A DNA stretch of 64,000 bases, from the NCBI RefSeq assembly GCF_001194135.2, contig NC_068982.1, forward strand, positions 123,118,587-123,182,586, read 5' to 3'. The notes beneath the pieces are model-generated. The model was not told the DNA's origin. It worked only from the letters and a program-made list of their open reading frames with translations, and did not search any database. Each line of letters begins with the position of its first letter. Within the stretch, counting starts at the first letter, position 1. Of the stretch, positions 37,549 to 51,372 are shown piece after piece. Source of the stretch: Octopus bimaculoides. Lineage: Eukaryota. The position numbers and the translations under genes were made by a program.

Positions 37549-37699
37549 ATTTTCTTTGAACTATGCTTATAGCATAGTTCAAAGAAAATTATTCCGGCTC
37601 CAGCTTGGATAGCAGTCATACATCTTCATCAAAATTCAGAAAGTTTGCTGATATTTTATGCTGCATATTCATATCAATCCATGTCAATATGAATAAACA

Positions 37700-38270
37700 T
37701 ATAAAACCAATAATAAGCCTCATGTATATCTTGCAAGTTTAACTAAATCCCTGATGGAGGGGTATGGGAGTTGAGTTAAGGTATTGTAGCTTTCCACTTA
37801 TAATTAAAATCAAGCTATTGACTTTATTACTTGTCTTCTTCAACTAAGATATCTTGTAAATATTTTTACTTTGCTGATATAGTGTAGGAAAGGAATTAGC
37901 ATTATGTTCGTCACTTGTCTTTTAAGAGTTAATTGGGTTAGTTTAGTTTGAATTTCTGAAAGTTTGTGGTTATAGACTGGTTGGTGAATGAAACTTCTGA
38001 ATGCCGTTTTTATAGATTTGCTCAAAAATATTTGTGTGTAGGAACTTGTAATCTCTCATATAAGATTGTAGTCTGTTGTACTGGTTGCACTTCAGAATTC
38101 TAGTTGTCGTCAGAAACTGATGAGAGCTGAAGTATTTTCTTACCTTGAAAAAAGATGCAGTTTTCACAGTGTTGTAGATATGTTATTGTCATATGAAGTC
38201 ATCAAAAATTGTAAGGCCTAGAATTTGTAGTGATTGAAAGGGTTTTGTGTTGTCCATGAATTGTGAAGAC
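37700..38270 (-). mobile_element. Decayed CR1/L2-type LINE RT C-terminal fragment
   Basis: MDNTKPFQSLQILGLTIFDDFI*Q*HIYNTVKTAS..KVRKYFSSHQ matches the ILGLT...DL.W..HI....K.AS motif, followed by IKTAFRSFI...LKRQV. Confidence 0.6.
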
Positions 38271-41200
38271 CTGGGGGTTAATAAAATAGGGAGTAATACA
38301 GTGAGGGTTGATTCAATTGAATACTTGTCCCAGTATAAATATAATATTAAGTTAAAACTTTACTAGTTTTATCCATCTTTTTGCTGAAACTGCATGATCT
38401 CTATCAATCTCTATTGGCAAGCAATACTGTTGAAGAAATTTAATTCAACCGGATATTCCCCTCCTCACCCACAAAAAGCTACTCTCTTATAACAGGAAAT
38501 ATTACAAAATTAATTGGAATTTGTCGTGTATTTATTTTTCCCAGCACCTAATGTATAACTTTTTCTCTGTTATTTTAATGTTGCTGCTTTCTAATAGTGC
38601 AATTTATTGTTTGGAGGATATATTCTGTTATTTGCAATATCTAACTTTTTCAATTATATTCTCCTGCTTGTGTTAATGTGAATGGGTTACACCATTGTCA
38701 GTTTTTGACATTACCTCCTATTTTCCTGTGCACGTTTTTATAGCTTTATTTTCTTCTTGACATTTCCTTTATGCCTTTTGAAAGAAGCTGACAGAGATAT
38801 TTTATAGCAGCAGCTTGAGTGATGGTGATAGCAGCTCTTCTAAATCTAGTAAAACTTAAAATTAGGAAGATTTAAAAAAAAGTTTGGAATATATAAAAAA
38901 ATTAAAAAAAACATTAACAAATATAGCTAACAATAAAATAATTAAACAGTGAAGCTACATGCCAAAATAAACTAATTTTCATAACACAAATTAAATATTA
39001 CAGGTTTGAAAAGGAGTAGGAAGAAGCATAAGCTTATTTATTCTTATCTCCTTTCAAATTACGTCTCCATTAACTCATATCTACAGTTTATAAACAATTA
39101 CCCCAGTTTTATACATGACCCAACTATCCACCTGGTGTCAATAAAATAAAAGCTTAATTATCCCAGCCCTTTCTCATCCCCCACACTATTTACATGAATA
39201 ATGTTTGTACTTCAGTTTCACATCCAAACTATTCCACAAATTCACTCCCCAGAGTGAAATACACTTACTCTTCATAATTGTGTAAATTCAAACTTTCTCA
39301 ATATATCTATACTTAAACTTGAATATTCATTTCTAATAATACTGTTTAACACACTGTGTACTTTTAATATTGCTTTTATTATTCTCACATATAATATTTA
39401 TTCTTATATACCCTCATGATATTAGTCATCTTATATTTTTTATAATAGCAACAAGCTTGATTACATGTAACAAATACTCAGACCAAAATCACAGACAGAA
39501 TGAAAGCAACTGGTTTTGCCATGCTTTTATGTTCTTCAGCATGTCAATCATTTTTCTGTTTTAAAATTATTTTAACATTGTTCAATGTGACTGACTAAAA
39601 AATAAAACTGAACCAACAAATATATGGTACTTTTTGATAACTCCAAAGAAGGAGCAATTGTCACACCTGTGTCAGTGACACTTCTTTAATGTTTTTACAT
39701 GTTCTTCAATAATCTAAATTCACTTTTAATTATTATTATAAACAACAGTTGAGATGGCAGCACTAGTATTGTTTTTGAGTTTGGGTTACATATGGTATGG
39801 CTTATCAAATATTCATAGGATCTGGAGATCTTGTCTAGATGATCTAAAATTCAGATCAAGTTGATTGTAATTGGTGTTATGATCTCTCTTAACCTTCATG
39901 TTAAACTGGTCATCTGTGTACTATCAGCTGATATCATTGAAGAGATTTTTTTCCTACTCATTAACATTTTCCATATTCTGAAATTGATAATCAATATATT
40001 TAAAAATTTTCATACACATTTTTTCATATTCTTTAATTCTTGTTTGTTGTTCATCATCATCTATAAATAGAGATGAATGACTTCTGTTGGGACAATTCAT
40101 AGTTGTCTGTAGAGTATTCATTCCATTTGAGATTATTATACTTTACTTTGATGTATTGTTCTTTTGGTCTCACTAGTATTTGTCTAATTCTTCCTTATTT
40201 CTATTGATCATCACTTTAGCTTCTTCTGTTAAGTTTTGTTATTCATGTAGATTGTATCATCCTCTGTCTTTCAAAAATCAAGCCTTTATGACAATGTCCA
40301 CATTCCTTTTTGTCAAAGGAAAATATTTGATCCCTTTAACTGATTTGTTTGTGAAATGTTATTTTCTGTTTCCTAGTTGTAAATAATATTATTGCTGGTT
40401 TATCTTTCCATTTTTTATTTCTTTTTCTTGAGGGATAGATTAACATGCCTTTATTAATATTTTTACCTCAAGTCTCTTAGTCTACAAGAAAACAGTCACC
40501 TGATTCTCTATAGAAACAGTAGCTCCTTGCTACTCACCCTTGTATATGACCGGGTTTATTGTCTATCCCAGAAAACAATGTTGTTCATTCTTCTGTCATA
40601 TTTCAAATAAGCTACATATTTTCCCAGATGTATGATGCTTTTTTCTTTTACCTTCTCAGCATTGTGTAGCTTTTATACTTCCTACACAAAGCCCATAACA
40701 TTTTTTGTTAGTCTGACTGCAGCCACCCACTTTATGATATAGATTTTAAAAACAAAACAAACAAAAATCTCTTTGGTAATATACTAATCTAGTTAAATAT
40801 TGTTTCTATCTTTCTCCTTCATTCTCTTATCTGTTCTCTATTTTATTGCTAATAACAATTTCCCTAATGGAGTTTCAGAACATGAACTTATTTGAAGAAA
40901 GAAAACTGTACTATACTTTGATTTATTATGCATGACTGGGCAATTTTACAGTGGCTCTTTTGAAAGATTCATATTCAAATATTTCCAAAATTGCATCATA
41001 GCATTTTCTCTATGATCAATCAGTTATTTAGCTGTAATCATTGTCTATATATGACTTACTATGGGGGCCTTAGGTCCTTAACCCCCAAAATTACTTCACA
41101 ACAAGACTCTTTACTTATAAAAAATATATTAATTCATTTACTATGCAATGCTTCATATAATTAAAAGATTGACTATAACTTATGAAGAACAGCCTGAGCG

Positions 41201-43252
41201 CAATCTGCAGAATATGTGTGAAAGATTGCTAAGATAAGTTCAATGTAGACAACTTGAGAAAGTGTTTAATTGTAAGAGGCATTGATTACTGACAGAGAAA
41301 TGATTGCTGATTAAGAGAAGAACTTGTAAAGAGAATTGAGGATGCTATTTGTGTAAAGAAAGAGTAATGTTTGATGGCATACAGAGATAGAACAATGAAG
41401 GCGGTAAGTAGATAGGTTCAGATGATGTTAGAACAGCAGACTTAAACATTTCATGCTTGCAAAAAGGAGAGTGGGAGAGAGAGAGAGAGAAAGATGTACA
41501 AAGTATTGAAAGCTTGCATAACCTATTGGAAAATAGAACAATTAGTTGGAACTAGTGTATTGAACAAACATATCCAGTAACCAAGTATTAGTAAGCCCTA
41601 AGAAAATCTAATTTTGTATGCCTGTGTGCAGGTGTACTTTCTTCATGAGTTTATCCCAAGTTAAGTTCAATAAGTGTGACTACAGGCAAGATAGCAAATG
41701 CTGTTTTTGTATTGGTTATTATCAGGTCATGATGTAAGAGTAGAGTCTGGTAAATAGAAAACCATTGACATGAAGAGAATCTAAATTTCTTTTGGTAATT
41801 TCAAAGAGAAAGGAAAAATGGAATTTGTTGGAATTGGAGAGATTCCCAGAATATACCGAGGCATTGATTTTAAGTTGTTTCTTTAACTCCCACATTCTTT
41901 TCTTCTGTTTTCTTTCTTTCTAATAGACATCTCAAAAGTAGTTCGATTTTAATAAATTTACATATAATGTAAGTATCAAGAAAACATTGTTATTTATGTT
42001 TCTTGGAAGAAATCTATTTACATTGGTATCTCATATAACATACAGTATATCTCTAAGTTACTGGAATTATTTGCAATCATTAGAATTGCTAATTAAAACT
42101 ATAAAAAAATAAAAAAATCAAAAAAATCAATAACATAATATATTCTTAATACAACATTTGGTAAAAGATGTCAGAAAAATAGAAGAGAAAAATAACCTGT
42201 ATAACAAACATGTTCCTATGTTATATGTCTTTCAAGCAAAAGTCATGACTTAGCTAACTGGAGAAAGTTCTTTGCTATTGACATAAAGATTACAAGTTCA
42301 AATTCTGGTACTAAAATTACACCCAAAGAGAAAATACCATTATCTATTTGCCGTTTCTACTTTATTTCACCAGGATTCAAGAATATGCTGTTACAGATAA
42401 TATTCAGCAGTAAATGAACTAATATGGATTATTTTATGTAAAATAAATAATTTTCTCAATGTTTTCTTCTCCATTTTGTACTCACCCTCATTTCTTTAAA
42501 GTTCAGATACTTGGCAAATGAAGTTGATGCATTTCATTTTTTTAAATTTTACCTTTTTGTTCATAAAATGTAAAAATTCAGTGCCCCCCCCCCCAACCAC
42601 CACCACACATATATAATATTTATTTATTCATTTTATTTTTCAGAGTTGAACTTGCAAATAACTGTGTAAAATGGGGTTGCCAATTTTGCTTCCTCTGCAA
42701 GATGACAGCAAATGCCTCGAATGTAGTGTTGGAACCTTGTATATGCAGAGTATCAATACGGAAGGTAAACATCTTGAAATGCTATCATAACTTACTTCCT
42801 GTCATTAATCTTTTAAATCTGTCCATCATTTCTCTCTCTTTCTTTCCATTTCACACTTCCATCACCTAAAAAAAAAAAAAAAAAAAAAACTAGTAGTAAT
42901 TTTCTGAATCATTTCCTACTTGCTTAAAAACAAAAATTATTGCTATTTTATGGATGTAAAACAGCACAAAAAAAAAAAGATCTTATTTGAATTATCAACT
43001 TTTTACTTCATTTTATGAGTGCATGCTGTATTTATAGTTTTATACTGCTTTACAGATGATAATCCTGCCAGGTGCTATTTTCTTTTACTTGATAATTATC
43101 TTTAAAGGGATACAAATAGGGATTTGTATAAAATCTGTTAAAATATTGTGGAGAACGATTTATAGGCCCATTATAACTTGAAAACCGTACAGGATGTAAG
43201 GTGATTCATAAAGAATTATTTAAAATTACAAAAAAAGAAATACTCTCTTCAC

Positions 43253-43427
43253 CTGTAAGACATTTGCTATCTACTTGTAATTTATCATCATTGCCATCAG
43301 TTTCATTATCATTAATCCTAATATCATCAGTGATGGCCTCAACAGAATCTACTCCATCATCAACAGTTGCATTAGCCCCTATTATCATTAACAACAAAAA
43401 CAATTGTAGAATGTCTTTTTCCTCAAG
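43253..43427 (-). CDS. Candidate coding exon, phase 0-1: LEEKDILQLFLLLMIIGANATVDDGVDSVEAITDDIRINDNETDGNDDKLQVDSKCLT
   Basis: Acceptor ccttttacttatatcag|C and donor CAG|gtgaag enclose 175 nt with only phase 0 open. A hydrophobic stretch is followed by an acidic tract. Confidence 0.45.
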
Positions 43428-43459
43428 CTGATATAAGTAAAAGGATTACTGTATTTTTC

Positions 43460-44340
43460 AGTCATCATTATCATTTAATATACATTTTCCTTGTTGGCAT
43501 AAGTAGGATGGTTTAACAAGGAACCACTGAGCTGCAGGGCTTTGTCAAACTCCAATGTCATCTTTGGCATGGATTCTATAATCGGATGCCCTTCCTAATG
43601 CCAACTACTTTACAGACTACTGGGTGCTCTTTTTGTGTCACTGGCAATGGTAAAGTTGCCATGTAACTTGGAAGACAGAAAAGAACAGAGGAGGAGAAGG
43701 AAAGGGAGGAAAAAGCTCCCACTACTAAGAAGAAATATTTGGGAGAAGTTGAAGACGAGTGGCTGTATGCCAGGTGCTGAAAGGCTGAAGTATGCTAGAT
43801 AGACATGCATTGGTCTCTTGCTATAGAGAAGATATATGGCTGAAGGAAATAAGAGAAGATTTGTGGTTCCTCTGGCTATATATCTTCTCTGTATAGGTGC
43901 TAGAGCAAACTCTCAAAAGAACAAGAAGTTGAGCATAGAAGACAAGGATGGTGGATCATGGGAGGAGATGAGAGAGTAGATGCTTTCATAATAGTGAGGA
44001 AGTAATAAACTGGTAGAAGCAGAGGTTATTGTAGTGAGTGAAGAACAAAGGTTGGGGTGCTGATATTGGGAAATACCAATATGCAGAGGAGTAAGGTGGG
44101 AGATATAGGTTAGCTGAGGTAGGAGAACAGAAGTAGACTTCTGTGTAAGGTGTGGGAGCTGATGGGAGGGAGAGATAGGGATGCTTAAGGGGCATATGTG
44201 AGTTATGAAAGTAGATATGGGAAGATATTGAGAATGAGAGCAGAAAGGAAAGGTGCTTAGAATGGTGTATAGGTGTATAGCAGAGAAGGGAAAAAGGGGC
44301 AATGGCTGAAACTACAGAAAGGAGGTGTGATTGGTTGAAA
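43460..44340 (-). mobile_element. Long decayed retroelement with RTE-like tail (family of 9305-10350)
   Basis: tcatcattatcatttaatatacattttccttgttggcataagtaggatgg...ggatgcccttcctaatgccaac... followed by a purine-rich block. Confidence 0.55.
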
Positions 44341-47300
44341 TGGTGTGGATAAGAATGATGAACATTTGTTATTCTCTATCCAAATTCTGTTGGTCCTCCA
44401 AAGTGGTTTTTGAGTATAAGTTGATCTACCTTTTTTGGCTGTAAATTTTGGCCTGAAAAGCTCCACTTGTATGCCACAATATGGTACACAAATTACTGCT
44501 GCATTTTGACAATGAAAGCTTCTCTCCTTAAAAACTCAGAAATCAGGATATTTATTAATCCTCTGCTTAATGCATATTTATCCCGTATGTATTTCCTGAA
44601 CTTGTTTGTTCAAGAAATGTTAGCAGAAATGTAGGTGCTTATGTAAAGTTGTTATTGAATAGTTTGAGTCATTTTTTTTCTTTAACATAGAAAAAGCAAA
44701 TAAAATATTTAGGGGCAGGCTTATAGTTTTTTTATTTGTGTATTCTCTTCTTCACTCTACTCTTGGAACATCCTATGGATTCTATCTTGACAGTATGGGA
44801 CAGTATTTTAGGGTATGCAGTGCCTATTTTGCCATTCAGCCTATTCTTGCAGAATACATGACGTGCACGGTAAACATGGTTATTGTATATATTCATTGGG
44901 GCACACTGAGAGGTGGTTCACAATTTAATATTAAATTCAGACCTAGTGCAGTTGTTGTTCCATCCATTTCATGTGTAGTTTTGTACTGGGTCAATCAGGT
45001 ATGTTGTGCTTGTTCAAAGAGATTAATGTTCTATGTTGTTTCATCCTGATGCGTTTAAGGATAGTTTGGACAGTAAATGTGGTCATAAAATGTGGTCATG
45101 TTCTGAGCTCTTAAGGTCTTTAATTTCAATATTAAATTATTCTTTTACTTCTCTGTTGGTTTATTGATATATCATTAGTGCGATATGATGATACTTTAGT
45201 CATAGCAATCAAATTTATAACTACCAATAACTAAATATTTTTTCCTTTCATACCCTTATAGGTTATTAGTCTTGTCATTCATTGAATTGTTGTTGTATTA
45301 AGTTAGTCTTTAAACCACTAAATAATTTTTGTACATTTTTGTAATTTCTGTTAATATTTTTGTTGACATCATTAATTCCATGAAGCAAAATTATCATTGA
45401 CCAATATACTCTATTAATAAGTACCACAGATACCATCAAGCAGAGGTGATCTTCTAGCAAATCAAATTCATTATATGGCTTTGATTTCCAGTTGGAGCAA
45501 TTTCAATTCATTTCATTTAGTTTATAATAGTTTAGAGGAAAGTTTCAGACTTACAGTGTTTGTTCTCTTCATCTACAATTCACAGACCTTGAACTTATTG
45601 CATTAATTGTTATTAGTAAATACAGTAATTGATGTTGGCAATGGTAGTTAGTTAAGTGTTTTACATTTCAAGTTAGTTAAGTGTTTTACATTTCTGAATT
45701 GAAATTCCATTCCAAGCACAATAAAATAAGTTCGAGCACTGTATACTGTGGTCAAGACTAACGACTAAGTATATATTTGTGAAGATCAGAACTATGTTCC
45801 TATTATTTCTTTAATCTAATTCCTCATTGCTGTGATAGATATTCGTTCAAATGCTTTTATGCAATGGCAAAACTGAATGTCTGGTAACTCAAAATATCGA
45901 TTATAATATTTTTAGAGAATTGTGTCCATATTAGTCTTATTGCATGGAAAAAACAAACACATTCTTGTATATACTGCACGCGCACACACACACACACACT
46001 GTTGAATAAAATGACACTCTCTCACCCTCTTTCTTTGACTCTTGTCTTTTCTCTATATTTCTCTCTCTCTCACTATCTCTCTCTGTCTGCCCCCATCCCC
46101 CAATCTCTAAATCAGTTGTTTGTTTCAGTTATTATTTGGCAGAAATGATGTAATGATCTGTTATTCTCTTCTTATCAGTTGTTTTGTCTGCTCAAGTAAA
46201 ACAACATTGTTAACATAGCTTGCATATTTGATTATAATGTTGATATTGGAATGCCTCCAGTGTAATCAAGATGCTGTAGTTTTCTCAGTTAGGCTGGATA
46301 ATTAACTTCTAGATAAACTTAGCTCCTTTATTAATTATCTAATCATAACTATTGAATGTGCCAAGCATTATTTAAGTATAGATTAAAAGTAGTACAAAAT
46401 CCAACAAAGTAATAGGTGTTAATTACTTTATTTTTGCCTCAACAAAGTATTCTAAAGGAAGACTGTGTCAATTGAAACTTGGTAAATAAAGCTACCTGTC
46501 ATTTAGCATAAGCATGTTTTGTTAGACATGTTACGATTTTAGAAATATTTAAATGAATGTCAACATCATTTTGGTACTTGAAGTTAGTTTTGTGAAAGGA
46601 TATAATTCTGAAGCTTGCTTGAAAATTTTGAAAGAGGATTGTCCTAACTGTTGAGTTGTTATGGCACTATCTCTGCACGTGACACTTAATGGTATGACCA
46701 TCTCCATTACTCTGTGGCAGTGCAAGGAGGAACTGCCATTCATAGCTTGCTATCATTCACGAGAATAAACTGGCTTATTAGAATTAACTAAAGAAATTAA
46801 GGATTGACAAGAAATAAGTTTTAAACGCTGAAAGACATTTTACTTTTGACATAGAGTAGGATTTAAATTTCAGTGTGACATCTGTGTTTCTAGAAAATGC
46901 TGAGTTAACATTCCAATGCTGTAAGATTTTAAGAAATGTTACACTATATATTCTTATGCTGGTTATTTCTGTTGATTTCTAGCATCTTGACATCTGGACT
47001 GTTCTAACAAAAGACTGTGCAATCATATAACCACTATTGTTACATATTAATATAAAAGAGCAATACTCTTGTAAGGTAGAGCATGTTTGATTTATGTAAT
47101 TCTTTCAAGTCTGGTGCACAATTTTGACAACTAATGCTAACAGTCATTGGTAAGGCATTAGGTAGTATGCAGCTAGTAGTTATGCATATAATGTGCAGTT
47201 ACAGAAACACTATTCTGTAATTTATTTCTTAGACATCATAAAAATGTAGTAGGTTTAGTCACTCTTTTTTACATACTATAAGGATATTATGCAAGTTTTA

Positions 47301-50300
47301 AGATTCTCATGGCCATAACCCGTGATTTAAAATTTGTTTCATTTAGTTAATCATGATGAAAATGTATCTGCATATTTTATAAAAACTAAGAAGTTAGTGG
47401 TAGAAAGGAAATTTAAATAATGTTCACAATAAATTCATACAAATATTCAAGCTTTCAGAACCAAACAACTGAAGCTAGCACAGAAAACGGATTAAAAGAT
47501 CGAAATAAAAAAGAATTAAATTAATAAAGTTTTCAAGATTTGATGTTTTGCCAAATCTGTAAAAGGTTATGTGAACATGCATGCATATATACTTATAGCA
47601 CATTTGCAAAAAGTACACAGCATGCACACATTTATATATACACATACAGATATACACATTACAAATGGGAATGGTCAATTTGCCAAATGGAAAGATTTTT
47701 CTTGCATTATATTAATGGGGTTATTGCTTTTCATTTATTTTTTTATGACATTAATTATTAAATCTGAAATGAAACTTCTATTTTTGTTTTCAAATTGATG
47801 TCTATACTTTGATGTAATTTGAATGGTATTCTGCTGTCAGCTATTGAGTGTTTCTACCATGGTCAGTTTTATATTTTGCTTCAAAGTATGCCAATTGGCA
47901 ATAAATGTAAAACTTTTTATTAAGTTCAATAGTTTATTTAGCTTAATTTATATTTGTGTTATTTTGTATATAGTGTTTTTGTACTCACTCTTAGTTTTCA
48001 ATATATTAGCTATTTCTTTAGTGTGAAGACAGATTGATAGATAAAAATATATTTCTGATCAAAACCATTCAACAATACATTGCTGGTATTTATTGAGCCT
48101 AAAACTTTTTGCCATTTCCTGCTGTAATCTTCACTGAGAAGTTGAGTTAGTTGACTCAATGCAGCAATTATCATGTAATTTTCTAAATTTTAGAGTAAAC
48201 AAATTTAAATAAAAATGTAGTTGACTATTTCATTTTCTTCCTTTAAGACATTTCCATTAATATTTTTGATGTTAATAAACTGAAAATAAAAGTTGTCTAT
48301 TCGTTTCTCTTATTCAATGGTAATAATGATTGAATGAGCAGAAAAATTTCTCAACTGACAAAATAGGAAATATAAATTTCAGCTTTATATAAAACCCAGG
48401 TAGAATTTAAGAATAAAGCTTCTATATTAAATTTACTTAAATGTAGTGCTGTTGATCCAGTCTAATCTGGTCTTCATTCATTTAAAAAGAAAAGGATTTT
48501 GAATTTAATCTCTTGAGATGATAAATCATAGTTGATTGTATCAAATTATTCTTTTCAATGAAACAGTGATCCATAAAGACTGTACTTCCATGAAAAGTTA
48601 AGTCATCTGAACAACTAGATTTTTGTTTTGCTGAAACTATTTTCTGTTTCTATATCATGGGAAATGGAAATAGATTAATTAGATCTCCTGTCTATAAACA
48701 CTTTAAAACACCATAGTAAATTATAAATGTAGAATCTGGAAGCTTATCTATTTGATTATATTACCTTTTATGTATTGAATCAGATAAACTTATGGAATTT
48801 TTCAAAGGAATTATAAATACAATTTGAACATGAGATAAATATTGCATTCTATGTTTACTGTAAATATAAACTATTTTTTAAAAATGTCTTTGCCATTGTT
48901 TTTTTTTTTTTGTATCTAATTACAAATGGTTATTAATATTATTGCATTGAAAAAAAAGTGGTTACATTACTGATTCACAAATGAAATTTGATTGTAATTG
49001 TTAATTTGGAAAACAGCAGACATATTCTATGAATTAAATCATATTGTTAGATAATTAAAACAATTAGCAAAGATGGAAATGAAATTTTAGTGTAATTTTT
49101 TTTTTTTTTTTTTTTTTGTTAGAGAGAATTTAGCTTAAAGGTGAACTACTTTAGTAGAACACATTGCAGATTAAAACTTAAATTTTACTTTATGCTTTTG
49201 CTTGACTTTATTCTCTTCTTCAATTCCTCTCATTTTCTCCTTTCTTCTCCTCCATTCTCATTGATTTTATTTCCTCTCTCGTATTCATCTTTCTCACTTC
49301 CATCTTTTCATTACTTTTCTCTCATTTATTTTTATCTTTCATTCATTCTTCTCTCTTTTGTACATACCCATGTCTATTGATATATCCTCCTCCTAATATC
49401 TCTTTCTCACTCTTATTTTGTCCTATCCTACTCTTTTTGTTTTTAGTTTCTTGATTCTGTCACACTCTTTCCACTCTGACTCTATACATATAATCAGTCT
49501 ACTGTAATTTCTGCTGGTATTTCCTTCTAATGACCTTAGTCTATCCATTTCTGACCTTTTCCTTTATAATCTCTGCATGGCAAGTAGTCTTCTTGGCCTA
49601 TAATGGTCGGAAATAATTAAGGAATTAAGATGGAAAAACCTCAAACCAAAAGCTTATGTTTTCTATATTTAATAAATGATATGTATCTATATATAGAATT
49701 TAGTACTGCAATTGTAGTTTGTAATCTATTATCAGTACTATTTCCTAATTCAGATGCATCAATAATTTCTACCTGTTGGCCTTTGAGTCAACTTTCAGAT
49801 TTGATGGCGCTTTATATTTTTTTTACATCACCTCTTTCATTTACTGATTTCTCTCCAAAATTTCATTTTCAAAACCATTTGAAATAGGAAATTCATTAGT
49901 TGAACAGAATTTTTCTGTAATCAAAAATGTTGATATAGTTTTTTTCATTATTTTTCTTTCTCCAACTTATGTAATATCTTATGTAATTTGATAATATCTA
50001 GGGTACTATTTTCGTAAAACAAAGTCAAATTAAATTTCAACTTTCATGGTCATTATAACATATATATATAGTTGTGTTATAAATTAAGCTTTGAGACTTG
50101 TTCAATTGCAGTTTCCCAAATGAAAATTTTTCTCAAAAAATATATTAGAATGCTGTTGACATCAGTGTGTAATTAGTGTTGATAATGTTAGAGAAAGTAA
50201 AATATAAAATTTTTCTTTAAATATATTTTTTTATCATTATATTTTTCTTCCTTTTCTCTTGGTCTTGGCTTCTTTTATATTGAGATATTTTTTGAGTTAA

Positions 50301-50621
50301 AATTTCAACATAGAAATTCAATACAAAAACTAGTTTAGTCCAGGCTTATATTTTCAACCTTGCGTATTCATTCTTGATTTGTCAATGTCTGAAATAAAAG
50401 TTGTTTTTATCCTTAGTAAAGTATTTGGTTGATATTAAGGATACTAAAAGTAGGTGCGTCAAACAGTTTTATACCTACTTCTTGTCCCTTGTAGTAATTC
50501 TAAAGGTGCAATGGATTATATTGTCTTTTAGAAAGGATTAATGGAATGATAAAATGATTAATAGGTGTCAGTTGTAAGATAAGGGAAACCCAATGAATTT
50601 ATATTCTATTTAATTGCTTAC

Positions 50622-50666
50622 CACAACAATTATCGTTGAATTCAGTTGCAGCAATATGTTTCACAG
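50622..50666 (-). CDS. Candidate small exon, phase 1-1: VKHIAATEFNDNCC
   Basis: Acceptor attatgtacctcag|C and donor GTG|gtaagc enclose 45 nt with one phase open. It is short, so chance is not excluded. Confidence 0.3.
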
Positions 50667-50949
50667 CTGAGGTACATAATTTTAAAGCCAAGAGAAGCCA
50701 TTTCCTTTACATCCACTTAGGGGTACACAAACATGTATAAGTAAGAAAAATGCAAAGTGATCTATGCCATATGATAAAACTTTAAATTAGGAAAACTGTA
50801 AAATGTATTTCAGAATGGTGTGCTCAATTTGTATTGAGGTTGCAATGGCTATAGTAATTTGAAATTTTAAATCCCTGAAGTTCTGGTTTATCTATCACAA
50901 ACTCAGCTTCAAATATACTCCTCTATTTTTGTATTTATTTAATCAGTTA

Positions 50950-51107
50950 GGCGTAGGAGTGGCTGTGTGGTAAGTAGCTTGCTTATGAACCATATGGTTA
51001 AGGGCTCAGTCCCACTGTGTGGCACATTTGGCAAGTGTCTTCTACTATAGCCTCAGGCCGACCAAAGCCTTGTGAGTGGATTTGGTAGACGGAAACTGAA
51101 AGAAGCC

Positions 51108-51143
<36 letters not shown>

Positions 51144-51372
51144 ATATGTATGTATGTGTGTGTATATGTTTGTGTGTCTGTGTATGTCACCCCAACATTG
51201 CTTGACAACTGATGCTGGTGTGTTTACGCCCCTGTAACTTAGCAGTTCGGCGAAAGAAACCGATAGAATAAGTACTAGGCTTACAAAGCATAAGTCCTGG
51301 GGTCGATTTGCTCGACTAAAGGCAGTGCTCCAGCATGGCCACAGTCAAATGACTGAAACAAGTAAAAGAGAG
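50950..51372 (+). mobile_element. Well-preserved octopus-type tRNA-derived SINE with (TA/TG)n linker and non-RTE tail
   Basis: A-box-like tggctgtgtgg and B-box-like ggctcagtccc; core gcaagtgtcttctactatagcctcaggccgaccaaagccttgtgagtggatttggtagacggaaactgaaagaagccc; tail gatagaataagtactagg...gtgctccagcatggccacagtcaaatgactgaaacaagtaaaagag. Confidence 0.9.

Noticed and set aside
38140-38262. Strong minus-strand splice signals here and at 40538
   Set aside because: All phases contain stops, and both sites lie within CR1/L2-type LINE remnants.
50950-51030. tRNA genes at SINE heads
   Set aside because: A/B-box-like motifs are present, but there is no complete cloverleaf and each head continues into the SINE core.
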